From the NCBI GenBank assembly GCA_963682135.1, contig OY821645.1:2528001-2592000 (forward strand): a stretch of 64,000 nucleotides of DNA, written 5' to 3'. Positions 9,335 through 18,541 of the stretch are shown here, in pieces (position 1 is the stretch's first letter; every line of letters begins with the position of its first letter). Below the pieces are notes generated by a model. That model did not search any database. It was not told the DNA's origin and saw only the letters and a program-made list of their open reading frames with translations. The DNA is from Methanothrix sp. Its GTDB lineage: Archaea; Halobacteriota; Methanosarcinia; Methanotrichales; Methanotrichaceae. The position numbers were made by a program, and so were the translations under genes.

Positions 9335-10669
9335 CTAGAGCAGTGGTAAATACCGATTCATCTCCCATTGGGTGACGTTGATGCGATAGGCATCCCACTC
9401 TGCTTTCTTGTTAGCGATGAATGCTTTGAAGACGTGCTCGCCCAGTGCCTCGCGAATGAGCTTGCTTCCTTCAGTTAGCTGTATGGCATCGTTCAAGCTT
9501 CCCGGCAGAGAAGTAATTCCAGCCTTCTTCCTCTCCTCATCACTCATATGATAGATGTCCTGCTCCTGTGGGGCAGGCAGATCGTACTTGTTGGCAATTC
9601 CTGCAAGGCCTGCGGCCAGCATCACGGAGAATGCCAGGTAGGGGTTGGTAGCTGGATCGGGGCTTCTGAACTCGACTCTTGTGGCAGCCTCCTTTCCGGG
9701 CTTGTACATGGGCACTCTGACCAGAGCAGATCTGTTTCTTCTCGCCCAGCAGATATAGACGGGAGCCTCATATCCGGGGACCAGGCGCTTATAGGAATTT
9801 ACCCACTGATTGGTAACCGCCGTGATCTCGGGCGCGTGCTTGAGAAGACCGGCAATGTAGTACTTGCCATCATCAGAGAGATGATATTTATCACCGGCAT
9901 CGAACATCACATTTCTCTTTCCCTGGAAGAGAGACTGGTGTACGTGCATTCCGCTTCCGTTTTGACCGAAGATGGGTTTGGGCATGAAACTGGCGTGGTA
10001 GCCATACCGGCGAGCAATCTCCTTGACGGTGATCTTGTAGGTCATCACCGTATCGGCCATACTCAGAGCATCCTTGTAGCGCAGATCGATCTCATGCTGG
10101 GAAGGAGCAACCTCATGATGGCTGTACTCTACATCTATGCCCATAGAGTCCAGGGCAAGGATGGTATCGCGTCGCAGATCGGAGGCGTTGTCGGCAGTGG
10201 TCAGATCGAAGTATCCGCCATTGTCCAGGACCTCTGTGCTGTTCTCATTCTTGAAGTAGAAGAACTCGAGCTCCGGGCCTACCAGGAAGCTGTATCCTTT
10301 ATCCTTGATGCGCTCCAGATTTCTCTTCAAGACATTCCGGGGATCGCCCTCATAGGGGCTGCCGTCAGGATTCTGAATGTCGCAGAACATCCGGGCCACG
10401 CCGTTCTCCTGCTGTCTCCAGGGGATAAGTTGGAAGGTGGTTGGGTCCGGCTTGGCAACCATGTCGGATTCGTGAATTCTGGCAAAGCCCTCGATAGAGG
10501 AGCCGTCAAAGCCCATGCCCTCAGAAAATGCTCCTTCCAGCTCGTTGGGATTAATGGCAAAGCTCTTGGGAACACCCAGAATATCAGTAAACCAAATTCT
10601 GACAAATCTTACATTATATTTGTCAATTGCTTCAAAGACTTCATCTTTTGTTTTTGTTTGCATGGCCAT
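9335..10669 (-). CDS. glnA: Glutamine synthetase type I
   Basis: FDGSSIEGF, GPELEFF, HHEVAPSQHEI, MPKP..NGSGMH, RLVPGYEAP, EFRSPDP. Start chosen at MAMQ (ORF is open to 10699). Confidence 0.97.
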   Translation of the reverse strand: MAMQTKTKDEVFEAIDKYNVRFVRIWFTDILGVPKSFAINPNELEGAFSEGMGFDGSSIEGFARIHESDMVAKPDPTTFQLIPWRQQENGVARMFCDIQNPDGSPYEGDPRNVLKRNLERIKDKGYSFLVGPELEFFYFKNENSTEVLDNGGYFDLTTADNASDLRRDTILALDSMGIDVEYSHHEVAPSQHEIDLRYKDALSMADTVMTYKITVKEIARRYGYHASFMPKPIFGQNGSGMHVHQSLFQGKRNVMFDAGDKYHLSDDGKYYIAGLLKHAPEITAVTNQWVNSYKRLVPGYEAPVYICWARRNRSALVRVPMYKPGKEAATRVEFRSPDPATNPYLAFSVMLAAGLAGIANKYDLPAPQEQDIYHMSDEERKKAGITSLPGSLNDAIQLTEGSKLIREALGEHVFKAFIANKKAEWDAYRINVTQWEMNRYLPLL

Positions 10670-10758
10670 ATCACTAGCCTCCAAAAGCCAAAGGGCCATG
10701 TTGATTATTTATAGATATTTAAGAGCAGGTCTTAAAAGTTATGAAAAATTATGATCAG

Positions 10759-10772
10759 GGAATCTATCAACC
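10759..10772. promoter_or_regulatory. Possible NrpR-type operator upstream of glnA
   Basis: GGAA-TCTATC-AACC, 6/8 match to the GGAA-N6-TTCC operator described in Methanococcus, about 90 bp upstream of glnA. Confidence 0.25.
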
Positions 10773-11160
10773 CATAATTGAATAATTTTGATTTCTAAGA
10801 ATACGGGAGTTCGCCGGCATCAAGAATGGTCGCAATTATCAAGTAATATTTAGTAATACAAAGAGTAAATTTAACATTGGCATACTCAGTGATAAATTGC
10901 TACACCAATTAAAAATTACAGATGTACCTACTAATGCACATCTGTTTTCATTTGCTTGATGGAGTTAAGTGGTTAGTTAAGATCTATTTAATATATAAAT
11001 TTGTCGATTAGGTATGATTATATTGACACTCAGATTGAATAAATAACATGTAAAATGAAATTTATAAAAAATTATTCTGTTTATTCATACTAGAAAAGGA
11101 TTAAATATTACTATGTACAAATTGGCTTCGTTTAATAGCGAGTGTAGAAGAGGGATTGAT

Positions 11161-12150
11161 ATGAGACATTATATCGTAGGAATAGGATCAGTGCTAATTC
11201 TGCTTCTAATAACGGCAGGCGTTTGCTGGGCCACGGACTTCGACTTCAACCCGGGCCAAGAGTCAGTGAAGCATAAGCATGACATGACAAGTGATGTCAG
11301 CGGAACAGGTTATACTATGGAATATATGAAGGTCAATACCAATAACCTATCCATGCTGGAGTATGCTCACGGAAGCGGCACCATGGACTATGCAGATATA
11401 CTCTATGACGAACAGAAGTCGGTTGTCAGCTCAGATAATTACTACTGGATAATTGATCTGACAACAGGACAATGGAAGAAAAAGTATGCAAGCGCCAACA
11501 GCGCGATCACATATACCAAGCAATACGACAACATCCAGTCCCCAGTCGCATTTGCCTATGGAACAGGATGGTATGCTTCTCACCCCGTGGGATACAATTC
11601 ACTATTAAAGGACAAAAATGAGGCCAAGAGCTATCAGGAGTCAGCCTCAATGCATAGGCAAGTGGAATATGCGCGAGCCCTCAAGGGCGATATAGCTATT
11701 GAGATCAACTGCACCGGACCCAATGATGTGGCTGATGGCAAAGGTTTTCTGAAGATGAAGATTGACGACGATGTAACCCAGGGTACGCTGCATATTGGAG
11801 AGCTCTTATCTATGCCCATGAAAAAGACCAATACACCAAAGTTCACGAACAAACAGGGCTGGAAGAGCAGTATAATTGAGATTGATAGCAACTATGTGGG
11901 AGACTTCCAGGTCCAGAAGACTATGACCCTTGACATAAAGAAATCCAAATCTACCTGGGGAGAAGACTGGCTGCCCTGCTGCAGCGGCGGCTTCTTTGAC
12001 GTTCCTTCCAAGAATTTCAATGCGGATTTCGGCAGCCAGAAGGGCATATTCGACTGCACCTGCCGCAACACCTCTATATCCACAATGAAGCCGGCCTGGA
12101 ACGCCAGCATGGCTCAATTCCCCACGGAGAAGTACAAGAAGATACCGTGA
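11161..12150 (+). CDS. Secreted hypothetical protein with Cys-containing C-terminus
   Basis: Signal peptide MRHYIVGIGSVLILLLITAGVCWA after GAGGG; C-terminal DWLPCCSGG...FDCTC. Confidence 0.8.
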   Translation: MRHYIVGIGSVLILLLITAGVCWATDFDFNPGQESVKHKHDMTSDVSGTGYTMEYMKVNTNNLSMLEYAHGSGTMDYADILYDEQKSVVSSDNYYWIIDLTTGQWKKKYASANSAITYTKQYDNIQSPVAFAYGTGWYASHPVGYNSLLKDKNEAKSYQESASMHRQVEYARALKGDIAIEINCTGPNDVADGKGFLKMKIDDDVTQGTLHIGELLSMPMKKTNTPKFTNKQGWKSSIIEIDSNYVGDFQVQKTMTLDIKKSKSTWGEDWLPCCSGGFFDVPSKNFNADFGSQKGIFDCTCRNTSISTMKPAWNASMAQFPTEKYKKIP

Positions 12151-12310
12151 TCAATGAATTGAGTTACTATTTTTTAAAAATATTTTTGCCTCGGAATCCG
12201 CAAATCAACCATGTTCTCTGTTGTGATCTCTTGCACTGCAATATCTCATGGCTTCAATTAGGCCCGGCTGTACTAGATAGCTTCAAGAGGCTTTTTGTTG
12301 AGAACAGGGA

Positions 12311-13699
12311 TCAGGCTGTGTATCCCAGCTTCTTTGCCTTTTCCAGAGCATCATTTGCCTCCGGATCGCGGCCGGCCAATTTAAGTGCATTGCTCTTATT
12401 GACCCATGCAGGCATGCATTTGGGATCAATCTTTATGGCCATATCAAAGCTTTTGAGCGCCTCGACATAATCCTCGTACCCCATTATCTGAGCAATTCCC
12501 CGGTTATTCCAGGGCTCCAGATAATTGGCATCCAGCTCGATGGCCTTATCATAGGCTTTTATTGCCTCGCTGAACAGGTCCAACTTGGCCAGAGACAGCC
12601 CCAGGCGATTCCAGCACACGGCGCATTCGGGATGAAGTTCTAAAGATCTTCTCAGAACAGCAACGGCTCCGCTGTAATTTTCCATTTCATTGAGAACGAT
12701 GGCTTTATTATAATAAAATCCAATCTCCTCAGGCTCTATTTCAATGGCCCGGTCGAACATGCCCAGAGACATATTGTAGTCTTTCAATTCTGCATAGGCA
12801 AGAGCCTCTCCGTTCCAGGCAGCCGCATTTGCAGGGTCCAGCTCGAGGCTCTTGTTGTAGGCGGCGATGCAGTCGCTGTATCTTCCCGACAGGCGCAAAG
12901 CCAGTGCATTGCTCCGCCAGGCATCGGCGTTCTTCGGCTCAATCTTGAGAGATTTCTCGAATGCCTCGATGGACTCAGAGTATCTGCTCAGTGCAAAGAG
13001 AGCCTCCCCTTTCTTTACCCAGGCAAGAGCATTTATCGGATTCAAATCAGTGACATTATTGAATGCATCGAAGGCATCGCTAAAATCTCCCCGGTTTGTG
13101 AAAGCCAGACCCAGGTTGAACCAGGCGTCTTCATTTTCAGAGTCCAGATCTACCGTCTTTTTCAGGGCTTGCAAGGATTCATTATTACTGCCCAAATCAG
13201 CACATATGAGGGCCTTGCTGTACCATGCACCCGCCAGTTTCCTATCCAGCTCAATGGCTTTATCGAGGGCCAGCAGAGATTCGTTATACTTTCCCTGGTT
13301 TGCCAGAGCAATTCCCCTGCCATACCAGGATAAAGCGGCCCTGGGATGCAGCTTAATCGCTTCGTCAAAGGCTGCAATTGACTCATTATAAAGGCTCAAG
13401 TGTGCATAGGCAAGACCTTTGGCGTACCAGGCCTCCCCCAATTTAGGGTCCAAGCGGATTGACTCATTGTAAGCAGAGAGTGCATCATCATAACTTTCCA
13501 TGTCGCTCAACGCCTGGCCTTTCTTCATCCAGGAGGTGGCATTTGTGCCGTCCAATTGGATGGATTTATTATAGCAATCCAGGGCGATATCAAAGGATTG
13601 AATCTGCATGAATTCATCTCCCTTTTGCTGCCAATAGTTTGCAGTGTACTCTTTTCCGCAAGCAAACATGAAGTTTGATATCAGGATAAGTAGAATCAA
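12311..13699 (-). CDS. Secreted tetratricopeptide-repeat protein
   Basis: About 12 TPR units (AW..KG.AL..L..Y.EA...Y.KAI.LDP); hydrophobic N-terminus. Confidence 0.92.
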   Translation of the reverse strand: MILLILISNFMFACGKEYTANYWQQKGDEFMQIQSFDIALDCYNKSIQLDGTNATSWMKKGQALSDMESYDDALSAYNESIRLDPKLGEAWYAKGLAYAHLSLYNESIAAFDEAIKLHPRAALSWYGRGIALANQGKYNESLLALDKAIELDRKLAGAWYSKALICADLGSNNESLQALKKTVDLDSENEDAWFNLGLAFTNRGDFSDAFDAFNNVTDLNPINALAWVKKGEALFALSRYSESIEAFEKSLKIEPKNADAWRSNALALRLSGRYSDCIAAYNKSLELDPANAAAWNGEALAYAELKDYNMSLGMFDRAIEIEPEEIGFYYNKAIVLNEMENYSGAVAVLRRSLELHPECAVCWNRLGLSLAKLDLFSEAIKAYDKAIELDANYLEPWNNRGIAQIMGYEDYVEALKSFDMAIKIDPKCMPAWVNKSNALKLAGRDPEANDALEKAKKLGYTA

Positions 13700-13754
13700 G
13701 ATAATTTTTGCATTAATGGCAATCCCTCTATGATTGATGTTAAAAAAAGGACAG

Positions 13755-14177
13755 CTAGAGTTCTTTGCCCAGCGAAGTCGTCGTCAATTTGACGTGCTTA
13801 ACACCCTTCAAGGACATCATCCTCTCAGCTGCTTTTCTCACATCCTGCCCCTCGCCCCTGAGCACTACGACCTCCAGACAATTATCATGATCCAAATGGA
13901 CGTGCAGACTGGACTGAATTAGGCCGCCAAATTCATGTTGGATCTCAGTAAGGTTATCTTCCAGGCCTCTTTGAGAATGGGCATAGACAATGGTAATCAC
14001 ACCCACCCGTTCTCCTTGGACATCGCTCATCCATTCGAAGTTTACAATGTAACTTCTTATGGCATCCCTGACACCTTCTGAGCGCGAAGAATAGCCTCGA
14101 TGCAGGATGATTTCATCAAACTTATTCAGCAGATTTTCTGGCAGCGAGATGCCTACCCTCATTAATTCTTGGTCCAT
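13755..14177 (-). CDS. nikR: Nickel-responsive transcriptional regulator NikR
   Basis: RVGISL ribbon-helix-helix, [23 protein letters not shown] nickel site. Confidence 0.97.
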   Translation of the reverse strand: MDQELMRVGISLPENLLNKFDEIILHRGYSSRSEGVRDAIRSYIVNFEWMSDVQGERVGVITIVYAHSQRGLEDNLTEIQHEFGGLIQSSLHVHLDHDNCLEVVVLRGEGQDVRKAAERMMSLKGVKHVKLTTTSLGKEL

Positions 14178-14257
14178 ATGTAGTCTCGATTCATATTGAA
14201 ATGCTACTTAGTATTAAACTTTTTGGATCATAGCCCATACAAAGGCACCATTAATGA

Positions 14258-15970
14258 TCAACAGAATCGTTTCATGGCGAAGGATTCCTCCAAAGGATCC
14301 GTCTCGCCATCTTCTTTCTCATGTATCCCGCAAGCACAATTTACGAGCCTTCTGGTATAGTGATGCTGGGGATGGATGAGAATCTCATTTGTCGCACCCA
14401 CTTCAACGATCCGTCCCTTGCGCATCACCGCCATCTGATCGCTTACCTTCCTGGCCAGAGCTATGTCGTGGGTAATGAATACTATAGCCAATCCCATCTT
14501 CTCCTGCAGATTCATGAGGAGCTTCAATATCTTAGCCTGAACACTCGGGTCCAGGGCTGAGGTGGGCTCATCAGCAATCAGCAGCTTGGGGCCGAGGACC
14601 AGTGCCCGGGCGATGGCCACCCGCTGCACCTCGCCTCCGCTTAGCTCATGCGGATACCTCTGGAGAAAATCATCATCAATCGGCAGCTCGACCCGCTCCA
14701 GAACCTCTTTTGCCCTTCTATGCCTCTCCTCTGGACTGCCCTTCTTCTGTACTTGCAGGGGCTCGAGCACAGCATCCAGCACATTCATGCGATGGCTGAC
14801 CGACTCCTTAGGATTTTGGAAGATCATCTGCACCCGGCTGTAAAATGCGCCGTCCCATTTTGTAACCATCTTGCCTTCCAAGACGACTGAACCGCCATTC
14901 GCTTCATAAATGCCCATAATGACCTTCGAAAGAGTAGTCTTTCCCGAGCCGCTCTCACCCACCAGGGCCAAAGTCTCACCCTCGTAGAGTGAGAGAGAGA
15001 TATCATCTAAGGCTGAATACGAATTAAAGTTCAGGCTGAGATCCTCTATTTCAAGCAGGGGCACAATGCCGCCTCTGTGGCAGGCAATGATCCTGCCTTC
15101 TTTTTCCTGCGGCAACGCAACCTGCCTGCTACAAATATCTATACTCTGAGTGCAGCGCCCGTGAAATGGACAGCCCGACAGGCCATGATCCATGCGTCCG
15201 GGAATGCCCTGCAGGTCTTTGGTGGCGGTCATTGACGGATAAGAACGAATCAGGCCTCGGGTATAGGGATGGCGAGGTGCTCTTATCAGGTCCTGAGCAC
15301 TTCCCATCTCTACAATGCGACCGGCATAAAGGACTGCCATCTTATCTGCCAGAGATGCTGCCAGGGAGATGTCATGCGTTATGACAATGCAGATCCTTCC
15401 TAGAATAGCGGATCGAAATAACCTTATGATATCTGCCTTGGTGAGCGCATCAAGGGAAGCCGTTGGCTCATCGAGTATCAGCAGATCGGGATCATTGACC
15501 AGGGCCAGGGCAATAAGCACCCTTTGCTTTTCTCCACCACTGAGCTGATGGGGATACATCCTGGCTTTTTCGCTATTTAGACCCACGAAAAGAAGATGCT
15601 TTAGAGCTATGTCCTTCGCACTCTTGGCGCTGATGCTGCGATGGACAATTATTCCTTCTGCAATCTGATCCATTATGCGCTGCACCGGGTCCAGTGCATC
15701 TTCAACATTTTGAAAGACCATGGCCATTTCTTTGCCTCTCAGTTGGCGAAGTTCTTCCTCAGAGATAGCTAGAAGATTCTTTTCCTGAAAAAGGATCTCT
15801 CCAGTTGTCAATCCTTTGGCCAGCCCCATGATGGACAGACCCAGTGTTGTCTTTCCGGCGCCCGACTCTCCTACCAGGGCAAGGCATTCTCCTCTCTCCA
15901 GACAGAGGTCAATGCCCCTCAAAATATGCCTCTTGCCGAAAGATACCTTCAGGTCCCTAATAGAGAGCAT
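14258..15970 (-). CDS. ABC transporter ATP-binding protein, fused OppD/OppF (NikD/E-type)
   Basis: Two Walker A (GESGAGKT, GESGSGKT), two LSGGE signatures. True start MLSIRDL at 15970 overlaps the permease stop (TAATG); the ORF track extension to 16495 overlaps the permease. Confidence 0.93.
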   Translation of the reverse strand: MLSIRDLKVSFGKRHILRGIDLCLERGECLALVGESGAGKTTLGLSIMGLAKGLTTGEILFQEKNLLAISEEELRQLRGKEMAMVFQNVEDALDPVQRIMDQIAEGIIVHRSISAKSAKDIALKHLLFVGLNSEKARMYPHQLSGGEKQRVLIALALVNDPDLLILDEPTASLDALTKADIIRLFRSAILGRICIVITHDISLAASLADKMAVLYAGRIVEMGSAQDLIRAPRHPYTRGLIRSYPSMTATKDLQGIPGRMDHGLSGCPFHGRCTQSIDICSRQVALPQEKEGRIIACHRGGIVPLLEIEDLSLNFNSYSALDDISLSLYEGETLALVGESGSGKTTLSKVIMGIYEANGGSVVLEGKMVTKWDGAFYSRVQMIFQNPKESVSHRMNVLDAVLEPLQVQKKGSPEERHRRAKEVLERVELPIDDDFLQRYPHELSGGEVQRVAIARALVLGPKLLIADEPTSALDPSVQAKILKLLMNLQEKMGLAIVFITHDIALARKVSDQMAVMRKGRIVEVGATNEILIHPQHHYTRRLVNCACGIHEKEDGETDPLEESFAMKRFC

Positions 15971-16821
15971 TATCGCAACCTCGCATTGCCTTTTCCCAGC
16001 CTCGGGTCCATGGCAGTCTCCAGGCTGAAGGAGAGAAAGCTGATACCTATTAGTGTAGCTGAGAGAGCAAGACCAGTGGGAACCAGCCACCACTGCCAGA
16101 CATCCAGGTAGGTGAAAGCCAGAGCCTGATGCATCATTTTTCCCCAGCTGATGACCATTGGATCGGACACTCCCAGAAATGCCAGTCCTGCCTCCATAAA
16201 GACCGCTCTTCTCGCATCCTGCATCATCAGGGAGGAGATGATGGGAGAGAGTTCCGGTAAGATGTGAGTGAAGATAATATGTCTCTTGCCGGCGCCAAAG
16301 GTCCGGGAGGCATTGATATGCACTCTCTCCTTTAAAGAGAGAACCTGGGAACGAACAATCCTGGCACCACCCGGCCAGGAAAAGGCGGATATGAGCAGTA
16401 TTAAGAGCAGCAGGCTGGGCTGAAGATAGGCAGCCACCAGAATCATCACGATGACTGTGGGAAGAGAGGTTATGGCATCCACAATTCTCATGCAAAGGCG
16501 CTCATAATAGCCACCTGCAAGTGCAGCCGTAGCTCCCACAAGCACGCTCAATGTGGAGGAAAGGAGTGCCACTGCCCCGGCAACTATGAGTGAAGTCCTG
16601 GCCCCGTAAAGAAGCCTCACCCATATGTCTTGGCCCATTGAATCCGTTCCCAGGGGATGATCCATATCAGGTGGGCTGAAGATTTTGCCGGTGTAGTCAT
16701 GCGGCGAATAATTGGATAGCAGGGGAGCAAAGATCGCCAGGAGTGTTATTATGGCCAGCATGAACAATCCCGTTTTTGCCAGCGGGTCTTCTGAGATCTC
16801 TCCTAGTGGATCAATGTGCAT
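15970..16821 (-). CDS. ABC transporter permease (OppC/NikC-type)
   Basis: HPLGTDSMGQD, GARTSL, EAA-like loop, LAFLG..SWG. Confidence 0.93.
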   Translation of the reverse strand: MHIDPLGEISEDPLAKTGLFMLAIITLLAIFAPLLSNYSPHDYTGKIFSPPDMDHPLGTDSMGQDIWVRLLYGARTSLIVAGAVALLSSTLSVLVGATAALAGGYYERLCMRIVDAITSLPTVIVMILVAAYLQPSLLLLILLISAFSWPGGARIVRSQVLSLKERVHINASRTFGAGKRHIIFTHILPELSPIISSLMMQDARRAVFMEAGLAFLGVSDPMVISWGKMMHQALAFTYLDVWQWWLVPTGLALSATLIGISFLSFSLETAMDPRLGKGNARLR

Positions 16822-17851
16822 ATCTCACCCTCGGATCAAGTCTGATATAGAGAAGGTCCACCAGAAAATTAACAGTCAACACCGTCAGGGTGACTACGAG
16901 AAGTATTCCCTGAATGAGCGGATAGTCGCGGGCAGAAATTGCAGTGTTGAGGAGCGAGCCAATACCCGGATAAGAGAAGACAATTTCGATGAAGAGGACG
17001 CGAGTGATCAGATGAGGGATAACCATGCCCGTGGCGGTGGTCACCGGCAGAAGTGAGTTCCTGCCGGCATGAGCATATTTTATGAGACTCTCCGGACAGC
17101 CCTTGGCCCGGGCGGTTAGGATGAATGACTCACCAAGCAAGGTGACGACTGTATTTCTTGTCAAGAGGAAGATGCTCCCCAGCTGCACCAGGACCATAGA
17201 GGCCAAAGGAAGAGCCAGATGTCTCAGAACATCGAAGACATATGACAGGCCCTCATATCCGGCATAAGGAGAAATCGCTCCGGATAGTGGCAACACATCC
17301 AGGCTTACGGCAAATATGAGGAGCAGCAGAACGCCGATGAAAAAATCCGGAAAGCCGCTCAGGAACATGAGGAACGCCACCAGGCAGCGGTCCAGAGAAG
17401 AGCCGCGATTGTATCCGGATTCAATTCCCAGAATTATGCCTATTGCCGTGGCGATGATCAGGGCAAGGCCAACGAGAAGAAGCGTCCAGGGCAGAGCACC
17501 TATTATGACCTGCGATACCTGTTCTCGGTAGTAGTAGGAAAAACCGAGGTCGCCTTGCAAAAGGCCCGTGACATAGGCCAGCATTTGATCCCACCAGGAC
17601 TTATCCAGGGAAAACTGTCTGATCAACTGGGCCTGCATCTCGTCGGTCATGGCCACCAGGGCCTCATCACCATAGATGGCATGCAGAGGATCGCCGGGCA
17701 TGAGCCTGGGAAGGATGAAGTTAAGGGAGAAGATGGCCCCCAATGCGATAAGGTAATTGAGAAGCCTTTCCGGAATAAAGCGAGCCGCCTTCCCTTTCTT
17801 GGAGTGGAGCGAGCCTTCCTCTATTGAGATGCACCATTTCGCGCTCATATT
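16811..17851 (-). CDS. ABC transporter permease (OppB/NikB-type)
   Basis: PRLMPGDP, GDLGFS, ILTARAKG, HAGRNSLLP, RDYPLIQG, LDPRV. Start uncertain. Confidence 0.92.
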   Translation of the reverse strand, partial: NMSAKWCISIEEGSLHSKKGKAARFIPERLLNYLIALGAIFSLNFILPRLMPGDPLHAIYGDEALVAMTDEMQAQLIRQFSLDKSWWDQMLAYVTGLLQGDLGFSYYYREQVSQVIIGALPWTLLLVGLALIIATAIGIILGIESGYNRGSSLDRCLVAFLMFLSGFPDFFIGVLLLLIFAVSLDVLPLSGAISPYAGYEGLSYVFDVLRHLALPLASMVLVQLGSIFLLTRNTVVTLLGESFILTARAKGCPESLIKYAHAGRNSLLPVTTATGMVIPHLITRVLFIEIVFSYPGIGSLLNTAISARDYPLIQGILLVVTLTVLTVNFLVDLLYIRLDPRVRYAH

Positions 17852-17896
17852 CGTCACCTGGACCAAGAAAGCAGCATCTATCTGCCTTACCAAAGC

Positions 17897-18370
17897 TCAA
17901 TCGCCAGCAGGAGAGCTATCCTCCTGCCAGGCGATCTTGGCCTGGGGGATGCAGTCAATCCCAGTCGAATAGGGCTTGATATCGAGCAATAGGGATCCAT
18001 CCAGGGCATCCATACCCCTTACCGTCAGTCGATTGCCGTTGACCTGCAATAGGTCTACCACATCAAGTGCCAGGGGATTGGGACGGTTTGGAGAGCGGGT
18101 GGCAAAGACTCCATGCTCTCTGCCATCCTGCTTTGGAGTGGCCGTCAGTCGGCTCCTGTCCGCCTGATGCAGCCAGAAGATGACGAAGAGGTGTGTGCAT
18201 TGCTCGATGTCCTTGAGGGCAGGGGCAAATTCAGGAAAGACCTCTATCTCACATAACTCATGAGAAAGCCTTCCCTGACGGGGGATATCCTCTCGACGGG
18301 CATAAGGGGTGTGAATTACACCGATCGGCCTAACGAGATAGGAACTTATTTCTTCTGCTATTATCATCAT
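17897..18370 (-). CDS. TsaA/TrmO-like SAM-binding protein (UPF0066)
   Basis: PIGVIHTP, GVFATRSPNRPNP, DALDGS.LLDIKPY. Confidence 0.9.
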   Translation of the reverse strand: MMIIAEEISSYLVRPIGVIHTPYARREDIPRQGRLSHELCEIEVFPEFAPALKDIEQCTHLFVIFWLHQADRSRLTATPKQDGREHGVFATRSPNRPNPLALDVVDLLQVNGNRLTVRGMDALDGSLLLDIKPYSTGIDCIPQAKIAWQEDSSPAGD

Positions 18371-18414
18371 CTCCAATGTATTTAATGATAAATATCGGTG
18401 GCAAATCCAATAAG

Positions 18415-18427
18415 GTAATAATATTAC
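18415..18427. promoter_or_regulatory. 6-1-6 palindrome upstream of the tsaA-opp-nikR genes
   Basis: GTAATA-A-TATTAC perfect inverted repeat about 45 bp upstream of the start. Confidence 0.35.
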
Positions 18428-18541
18428 TGAATAAAGGTCTATCATTTAAGACTCTTTCGCATGAGGTTGTTGGAAAAAATTAAATATAAAATTATAAAAA
18501 ACCAGACTGCGGCCCGAACACCACAGTCATCTCTTCAACCA

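Noticed and set aside
9548-10714. 388 aa plus-strand ORF
   Set aside because: Antisense shadow of glnA with no recognisable motifs.
10780-11110. Long AT-rich region considered as replication origin or ncRNA
   Set aside because: No ORB-like repeats or adjacent cdc6; adequately explained as divergent promoters of glnA and the secreted protein gene.
15971-16495. N-terminal 175 aa extension of the ABC ATPase given in the ORF track (His/Cys-rich start)
   Set aside because: It overlaps the permease gene in another frame; the real start is ATG 15970, coupled to the permease stop.
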